A stretch of 13,120 nt of DNA from the NCBI GenBank assembly GCA_038217285.1, contig JBBQPO010000176.1, positions 1-13,120 on the forward strand, written 5' to 3'. Origin of the DNA: Chthonomonadales bacterium. Its GTDB lineage: Bacteria; Armatimonadota; Chthonomonadetes; Chthonomonadales; Chthonomonadaceae. Positions 8,038 to 13,120 of this stretch are shown here, piece after piece (position 1 is the first letter of the stretch; every line of letters begins with the position of its first letter). Under the pieces are notes generated by a model that saw only the letters and a list, made by a program, of their open reading frames with translations, was not told the DNA's origin and made no database searches. The position numbers were made by a program, and so were the translations under genes.

Positions 8038-8524
8038 GCACGAGGAGCGGTTGTTGCGGCGGCAGGCTGCGGAGTTGGAGAGCCTGCTGCCCGCGCTGAT
8101 GCGGAAGCTGTTCACGCTCGACCCGGACAGCCCAGTTTCCGATCTGCCGGTGGCTCAACTGCGGGTCTGTACGCTGCTGCAGGCGGGGCCGCGGGCGCTC
8201 TCGATGCTGAGTCAGGATCTCGATATCTCCGTCAGCGCCATGACGCAGATCGCCGACCGCCTGGAACGCGCCGGGATGGTGGAGCGCGTTCCAGGCGCGG
8301 ACGACCGGCGTGTTCGCCTGCTCCAGCTCTCGACACAGGGCCTTGAACGCATGCAGTATCGACGCGCGTTTCGGATCCATCGTGCGGAAGAGGCGCTGCT
8401 TCAACTGTCGGATGCGGAGCGTCCCGTCTTGCTGGAGGCGGTCAGCCGCCTGCTCGCTGCGGCCACGGCGACGGCACCACCCGTTCAACATGAAGATCCG
8501 CTTCCGATCCGCCAGCAACAGTAG
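8030..8524 (+). CDS. MarR family transcriptional regulator
   Basis: Winged-HTH signature LPVAQLRVCTLL...LSQDLDISVSAMTQIADRLERAGMVERVPGADDRRVRLLQLSTQG. GTG start with AGGAG (8019-8023), overlapping the permease stop by 8 nt. Confidence 0.92.
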   Translation: MSEHEERLLRRQAAELESLLPALMRKLFTLDPDSPVSDLPVAQLRVCTLLQAGPRALSMLSQDLDISVSAMTQIADRLERAGMVERVPGADDRRVRLLQLSTQGLERMQYRRAFRIHRAEEALLQLSDAERPVLLEAVSRLLAAATATAPPVQHEDPLPIRQQQ

Positions 8525-8564
8525 TGCCCACCGAAGATTGTGGGTTTGATCGAAAGGAACCCTT

Positions 8565-10061
8565 ATGCCACGTCGCGTGTCTGGTCTGCTCGGTTTCGCG
8601 CTCCTTGTCACCTGCGGGGGAGGAGCGGCGGCACAGCAGACGACCGAATCGAAAGCAGGTCAGATTCCCGATCCGCCCGGCGGGCAGACCCCGCCGATCG
8701 CCCCGAAGACCGTCGAGACTCCTGTCCCGCCGAGAGTCCGCCTTCCGACCGCGCCTGCAACTGCGGACGTCGTGAACCGGCCCCTCCGCGCCGACGAAGC
8801 CGTGCGAATCGCGCTGCGCAAACAGCCCAATGTCGACGTGGCCCGCGCAGGAGTATCGGCGGCGCAGGGCCGCACAGAGCAGACGCGCGCCGCGCTGTTC
8901 CCCAGTCTCGTTCTCAACGGAGGCTACAACAATGTGACCGTTATCTCCGGCGTCGGTTCGAGCAGCGCATCGACGAGTGGGGGAACTACGGGCGGTGGCT
9001 CGACCGGCGGCAGTTCCAGCGGAGGGGGCAGCACGGCGAACGGGGCAACCGGATTTACTGCCTCGGCGGCGGTGCGTCAGTTGCTCTTCGATTTCAACCA
9101 TACCCGCGAACTCGTGCGCCAGTCGCACGCTCTCTCTCTCGCCGCTGAGCAGAACCTGACGCGTGTGCAGTCCGATCTGGTCTCCCAGGTCAAGCAGGCT
9201 TACTATCAGGTCGTGCAGAGTGATCAACTGGTGACGGTCAACGAGGATAACCTGCAAAATCGTCGCTCTCAACTCAACCTGGCGAAAGCCCGCCTGAACT
9301 CCGGTCTTGGCCTGCCGTCCGATGTGGTGACGGCGGAGACCGCTTACTCCGAAGGCGTCCTCAACCTGATGGTGGCGCAAAACAACGCCGTGATTGCCCA
9401 CGTAAATCTGGCAGTGCTGATGGGAATCGATGCCCGCACTCCCATCGTAACGGTGGAAGGAGGGGAGCCCCCTTTTCCCTCCGATGATGTCAATGCGCTG
9501 ATCAACCAGGCGCTTCAACAGCGGCCGGACGTGCTGCAGGCGCAGGCGACCGTCGATGCGAACCACCATGCCGTCAGCGCCGCCAAAACGACCAATGCGC
9601 CGGTTGTGGCCGGCACGTTGGGTTTCTCCTCACGCGGCAGGGACTTTCCCCCTCGCGACGACGGGCTGACGGTCGGAGCCACCGTCACCTTCACACCGTT
9701 CGATGGAGGATTGACGCACGGCCGCGTGAAGGAGGCTCGTGCCAACCTCGACTCGGCGGAGGCGCAGCTCCAGGGGACTCGCCTGACGGTGACCTCCGAT
9801 GTAGCGCAGGCCTGGCTGAACCTCCGGACCGCAGAGCAGCGCGTCGCGACCGCGACTATCGAGGTCACCAACGCGACCGAAGGCGTTCGCATCGCCACCG
9901 GTCGCTACGGAAGCGGGCTGGGGCTATTCCAGGATATCATCACCGCGCAGTCACTCTTGCTGACCGCTCGTACCAACCTTGTCAATGCGCAGGCCCAGGT
10001 AGATACGGCCCGCGCCGCCCTGCGCCGCGCCATCGGAACACCGCTGCCCGTCATGCGCTAA
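8565..10061 (+). CDS. TolC family outer-membrane efflux protein
   Basis: Signal peptide ending AAA-Q and a Pro-rich N-terminus. Two OEP repeats: AVRIALRKQPNV, LFPSLVLNGGY, RQLLFDF, ARLNSGLG; and ALQQRPDV, FTPFDGG, RYGSGLG, ALRRAIG. RBS GAAAGGA upstream. Confidence 0.93.
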   Translation: MPRRVSGLLGFALLVTCGGGAAAQQTTESKAGQIPDPPGGQTPPIAPKTVETPVPPRVRLPTAPATADVVNRPLRADEAVRIALRKQPNVDVARAGVSAAQGRTEQTRAALFPSLVLNGGYNNVTVISGVGSSSASTSGGTTGGGSTGGSSSGGGSTANGATGFTASAAVRQLLFDFNHTRELVRQSHALSLAAEQNLTRVQSDLVSQVKQAYYQVVQSDQLVTVNEDNLQNRRSQLNLAKARLNSGLGLPSDVVTAETAYSEGVLNLMVAQNNAVIAHVNLAVLMGIDARTPIVTVEGGEPPFPSDDVNALINQALQQRPDVLQAQATVDANHHAVSAAKTTNAPVVAGTLGFSSRGRDFPPRDDGLTVGATVTFTPFDGGLTHGRVKEARANLDSAEAQLQGTRLTVTSDVAQAWLNLRTAEQRVATATIEVTNATEGVRIATGRYGSGLGLFQDIITAQSLLLTARTNLVNAQAQVDTARAALRRAIGTPLPVMR

Positions 10062-10112
10062 TAATGTCTGGTTGGATGTGCTATCATCAGAACGAAATCG
10101 AAAATTAGGTCC

Positions 10113-10382
10113 ATGTTCCACAGAGCGAAGGAGCAGATATGGTCCGGACCATCAGGCGGTTGCGGTGGTGTTCTCCGTCCGGTTGCTATCGCTCCTGGCG
10201 CTACAAACACGTATAGTACTACCTGGAATCAGCAAGATCAGCAGGGGAACGCGGTGCCGGCAGGCACGTATACGATTCTCGCCCGGTTAACTCTTTACAC
10301 TCTTAATGGCAACGACACTACGTATCCGCAGGTTGCCGCAAACTTTGCCAGTAACCTCATCTCTATCTCTATAACGTCGTGA
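10113..10382 (+). CDS. Small or truncated Ig-like beta-sandwich protein resembling the C-terminal part of a BsuPI (intracellular proteinase inhibitor) or FlgD-Ig-like domain; possibly a gene remnant
   Basis: The pattern IW...IAPGATNTYSTTWNQQDQQGNAVPAGTYTILARL matches, from memory, the 'l.PGe...y...W...d..G..vp.G.Y.v.a' pattern of those domains. There is no signal peptide and the N-terminal strands appear missing. The RBS is weak. Confidence 0.55.
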   Translation: MFHRAKEQIWSGPSGGCGGVLRPVAIAPGATNTYSTTWNQQDQQGNAVPAGTYTILARLTLYTLNGNDTTYPQVAANFASNLISISITS

Positions 10383-10395
10383 AAGGAGGCTCATC

Positions 10396-10638
10396 ATGTG
10401 GGTCTATACACGCCCCCGCAACGAACACGATCATCGCTTTCTGCTGAACCTGGATCACTACCCGTCTATCACGGTAAATCAACTCGGGGAGAGATTCTTC
10501 GTGGATGCAGGCACGGGCGGCGATACGGCGACACTCGCCTCCAGCAACTCCCTGGAAGAGGCGACGGAGCTTGTAAAGCAGATTTTCGAGGCACTGGCGG
10601 TTGGAAAGACCGCCCTCGATCTGAATGCCGAAAAGTGA
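10396..10638 (+). CDS. Hypothetical protein, 80 aa
   Basis: Strong RBS AAGGAGG (10383-10389) 6 nt before the ATG. Protein-like composition, with predicted beta strands followed by an amphipathic helix (SLEEATELVKQIFEALAVG). Confidence 0.75.
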   Translation: MWVYTRPRNEHDHRFLLNLDHYPSITVNQLGERFFVDAGTGGDTATLASSNSLEEATELVKQIFEALAVGKTALDLNAEK

Positions 10639-10808
10639 CAGAGCAGGCAAGGTAACCGGCATCGCCAACGACGAATCATTTCATCCTGGAACAACCTGGG
10701 AGATGTAGCCGATGTCTAACGCTGCTGATCGATTCATTTAAGATGACTTTTCATTTTCGATTGGGTCCGGATGAAGGCCACCATTATCGGACGGAACCCG
10801 AAATGCCT

Positions 10809-10828
10809 CAAAGACGGACGCATCTTTG
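10809..10828 (-). terminator. Small hairpin just after the stop of the ATPase-TPR gene, weak terminator candidate
   Basis: The minus strand reads CAAAGATG-cgtc-CGTCTTTG (8-bp stem with one G-U pair), 4 nt after the TAG. The U-tract is poor. Confidence 0.3.
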
Positions 10829-10832
10829 TTTC

Positions 10833-13120
10833 CTACTTTTCCAGTGCGTATTCGATGGCCTGCTCCAGTGTCAGGGCGTGGCCCTCGGCCCAAGCCGCAG
10901 CAAAAGCGTCTTCGCCCAGCATCTGCCGCACCGCCGTCGTCTCGCGTTCCAGTTTCTCACGATCATTGGGGGAGAGGGGGCAGCCAATGTCGGTACGCAG
11001 AGACGAGGCCGCTCCCCATAGGCGGACGCCGCACTCCTCCTGTGCTTCTTTGACGACAAGAAGAGCAAACGCTTCGAGGTTGTAGGCAATGAGTTGTCTG
11101 CTGCCCAACTCACGCGCTACGATCAGGCTTTCCTCATGCAAGATTCGCGTCGAAGCGTAGTCACCTTCATTGCACGCTACGCTCCCCAGGTTGTAGAGAG
11201 AGGCAGAGATGATGCCCTTGTCTCCCAATTCGCGCGCAATCATGAGGCTCTCCTCATTCAGAACGCGCGCTAAAGCGTAGTCGCTTTGTTCATAGGCCAC
11301 ACATCCGAGATTGGAGAGAGAGGCTGCGATGCCCGGTTTTTCCCCCAACTCGCGACGAACGCTCAGACCCTGTTCATACAAAATCCGCGCAGAGGCGTAG
11401 TCACCTTCATTATAAGCCACATTACCAAGATTGGTGAGAGACATAGCGATGCGCCGTTTATCTCCCAACTCGCGCGCTATCGTGAGGCATTCTTGATGCA
11501 GAATACGTGCCTGAGCGGCGTCGCCTTGATCAAAAGTGATAAGCCCCAGATTGTTGAGAGCGGTCGCAACGCCCGATCTATCCCCCAACTCACGTGCTAT
11601 GGTGAGGCTCTCCTCATGTAGAACGCGCGCTTGAGCAGAGTCGCCTTCATTATGCGCTACAAGCGCCAGATTGCTCAGAGAGGCTGCGACGCCCCGCCTG
11701 TCCCTCAACTCGCGACGGAACCCCATACTCTCCTCATGCAGCACACGCGCTAAAGCGTAGTCACCTTGTTGATAAGCCACATTCCCCAGGTTGTTAAGGG
11801 AGCCCGCGATGCCCTCTCTGTCCCCCAGTCCGCGGCGAACGCCCAGACTCTCCTCATTCAGAATCCGCGCGAGAGCGTAGTTGCCTTCATTGTAAGCCAC
11901 AAGCCCCAGATTATTGAGAGAGAGGGCGATCTCCCACTTATCGCCCAGTTCCCGCCTCATCGCCAGACTTTGCTCGTACAGAATATGTGCCTGAGCATAA
12001 TCGCCTTGCTCAGAAGCCATAAGCCCCAGATTGTTGAGAGACCAGGCGTTGCCCGCCTTGTCCCCCACCTTGCGCGCCAGTAGGAGACTCTCTTCAAACA
12101 GACCACGCGCCTGGATATAGTCGCCTTGCCTCCAAGCCAGCGCTCCCGCACCATTGAGCGCAGCAACCCGCGAGAGGGTGGGCTCCTGCCCGCCAGGGTG
12201 TGCCAGCAGCGCGCGCAACTGTTCCCGTCCTTCGCTCAAATGTCCGCGTATCTGCCAGAAATACTGCAAAGCCGCTCCCAGGCGCAGCCCCCTCTCGCCT
12301 GCCTGTACCTCTTCGGCTGCTGCATACAGGGTCAGCGCCTGCCGCAAGTTGTCATGTTCCTCTTCCAAAATCTCCAGCCACCCTGCCTGTTCCGCGCCTT
12401 TCAGCTTCGGTTTGATCTCCTCGGCAAGCGTGAGGAACCACTCGCCGTGCCGTTCCCGTACCGCCAGGTTCTCCCCGCTCTCCAACAGGCGGTCATGGGC
12501 ATAGTGCCGCACGGTTTCGAGCAGGCGGTAGCGCGTCTTATCCCCCTGAATAGTGGTCATTACCAGGCTCTTGTCCGTCAGACTCATCAGCAGATCCAAC
12601 ACTTCCCAATCCTCAATACTCTCCCCACCTGCGCGCGCTCCCGAATTCACCTGTTCCGCCGCGTCTAAGGTCCATCCCCCCGCAAAGACCGACAAACGTT
12701 CCAGCAGCGTCTTCTCCTGAGCATTGAGCAGGTCATAGCTCCAATCGATGAGGGCGCGCAGGGTCTGTTGTCGCGGCAGAGCGGTTCGGCTGCCTCCGTT
12801 GAGCAGGCGGAAACGATTATCCAGCCTGGCGTTGATCTCTTCCACCGACAACGAACGCATTCGGGCGGCGGCCAGTTCGAGTGCCAACGGAATCCCGTCA
12901 AGTTGCCGGCACAACTGCGCCACGACCGGCGCGTTGCGGCGCGTGAGTACAAAGTCCTGTCGTTGCACGACCGCCCGTTCCACGAACAGCCGACAGGCAT
13001 CATACTCCATAAGAACAGAGGCCAGATCTTTTTCTTCTGCCGGTAGGTCGTGAGGTTCCGGCGTCAACAGGGAAGGCACACGCCAGGGATGCTCGCCTGC
13101 GATGCCGAGTGGCTCGCGAC
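10833..13120 (-). CDS. STAND/NB-ARC-like predicted ATPase with winged-helix region and C-terminal TPR array; partial, 5' end beyond the window
   Basis: The frame stays open past GTG 13079 to the edge (REPLGIAGEHPWRVPSL, the typical TSRExL..xGE motif). Also LFVERA, GxP motif LCRQLDGIPLALELAAAR, RQQTLRALIDWSYDLL, LSVFAGGWTLDAAE, LTDKSLV, RYRLLETVRHYA and EHDNLRQAL, followed by TPR repeats. Walker A/B and the N-terminal effector lie outside the window. Confidence 0.92.
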   Translation of the reverse strand, partial: REPLGIAGEHPWRVPSLLTPEPHDLPAEEKDLASVLMEYDACRLFVERAVVQRQDFVLTRRNAPVVAQLCRQLDGIPLALELAAARMRSLSVEEINARLDNRFRLLNGGSRTALPRQQTLRALIDWSYDLLNAQEKTLLERLSVFAGGWTLDAAEQVNSGARAGGESIEDWEVLDLLMSLTDKSLVMTTIQGDKTRYRLLETVRHYAHDRLLESGENLAVRERHGEWFLTLAEEIKPKLKGAEQAGWLEILEEEHDNLRQALTLYAAAEEVQAGERGLRLGAALQYFWQIRGHLSEGREQLRALLAHPGGQEPTLSRVAALNGAGALAWRQGDYIQARGLFEESLLLARKVGDKAGNAWSLNNLGLMASEQGDYAQAHILYEQSLAMRRELGDKWEIALSLNNLGLVAYNEGNYALARILNEESLGVRRGLGDREGIAGSLNNLGNVAYQQGDYALARVLHEESMGFRRELRDRRGVAASLSNLALVAHNEGDSAQARVLHEESLTIARELGDRSGVATALNNLGLITFDQGDAAQARILHQECLTIARELGDKRRIAMSLTNLGNVAYNEGDYASARILYEQGLSVRRELGEKPGIAASLSNLGCVAYEQSDYALARVLNEESLMIARELGDKGIISASLYNLGSVACNEGDYASTRILHEESLIVARELGSRQLIAYNLEAFALLVVKEAQEECGVRLWGAASSLRTDIGCPLSPNDREKLERETTAVRQMLGEDAFAAAWAEGHALTLEQAIEYALEK
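11091..12170 (-). repeat. Tandem array of nine 120-bp (40-aa) TPR units inside the ATPase gene
   Basis: On the + strand, tc(a/g)cctt-like motifs recur at 11161, 11281, 11401, 11521, 11641, 11761, 11881, 12001 and 12121. Protein consensus IAxSLxNLGxVAxx(Q/E)GDYAxARxLxEESLxxxRELGDxxG. Confidence 0.92.

Noticed and set aside
5887..8115. 742-aa minus-strand ORF
   Set aside because: Antisense shadow of the RND permease, expected from codon bias in high-GC genes.
8565..8640. Lipoprotein signal in TolC (LLVTC)
   Set aside because: The residue before Cys is Thr rather than G/A/S, and an AAA-Q signal peptidase I site follows, which is the simpler reading.
3252..9569. Other long overlapping ORFs (3252..4178 -, 7838..8611 -, 8442..9569 -, 8540..9148 +)
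   Set aside because: They overlap well-supported genes, are Arg/Gly/Pro-rich off-frame translations, and show no domain signatures.
10763..10800. Imperfect hairpin GTCCG...CGGAC as an ncRNA
   Set aside because: The stem is short and bulged with no recognisable RNA family features. At most it contributes to termination between the convergent genes.
10743..11085. + strand ORFs 10743..11021, 10771..11085, 10826..11053
   Set aside because: Mostly antisense to the TPR gene's 3' end, with no convincing RBS or protein-like features.
11091..12170. CRISPR array or DGR template/variable repeat pair
   Set aside because: The repeats are contiguous, in-frame, degenerate 120-bp coding units without unique spacers. 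No cas or reverse transcriptase gene is present, and I saw no adenine-restricted pattern of differences.

Overview
GC-rich bacterial window. The gene style suggests Armatimonadota or similar, but that is inference only. In order: (1) the 3' end of an unidentified + strand gene with a hairpin region behind it; (2) a stand-alone fused alpha/beta E1 component of a TPP-dependent 2-oxoacid/acetoin dehydrogenase complex (likely start 369, own promoter and terminator, no E2/E3 adjacent); (3) a tripartite RND efflux operon: periplasmic adaptor (MFP) interrupted by one in-frame TAA, AcrB-family permease, MarR regulator, TolC-family outer-membrane factor; (4) two small + strand ORFs, a truncated BsuPI/Ig-like fragment and an 80-aa hypothetical with a strong RBS; (5) the C-terminal part of a convergent STAND/NB-ARC-like ATPase with nine tandem 40-aa (120-bp) TPR units, running off the right edge. 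I see no clearly new multi-gene system. The most notable observations are the single nonsense codon in the adaptor, its very long (~230 aa) helical hairpin, Gly/Ser-rich inserts in both the permease docking domain and a TolC surface loop, a two-unit periodicity with variable positions in the TPR array, mutually exclusive hairpins upstream of the E1 gene, and a possible inverted TPR relic in the intergenic DNA.
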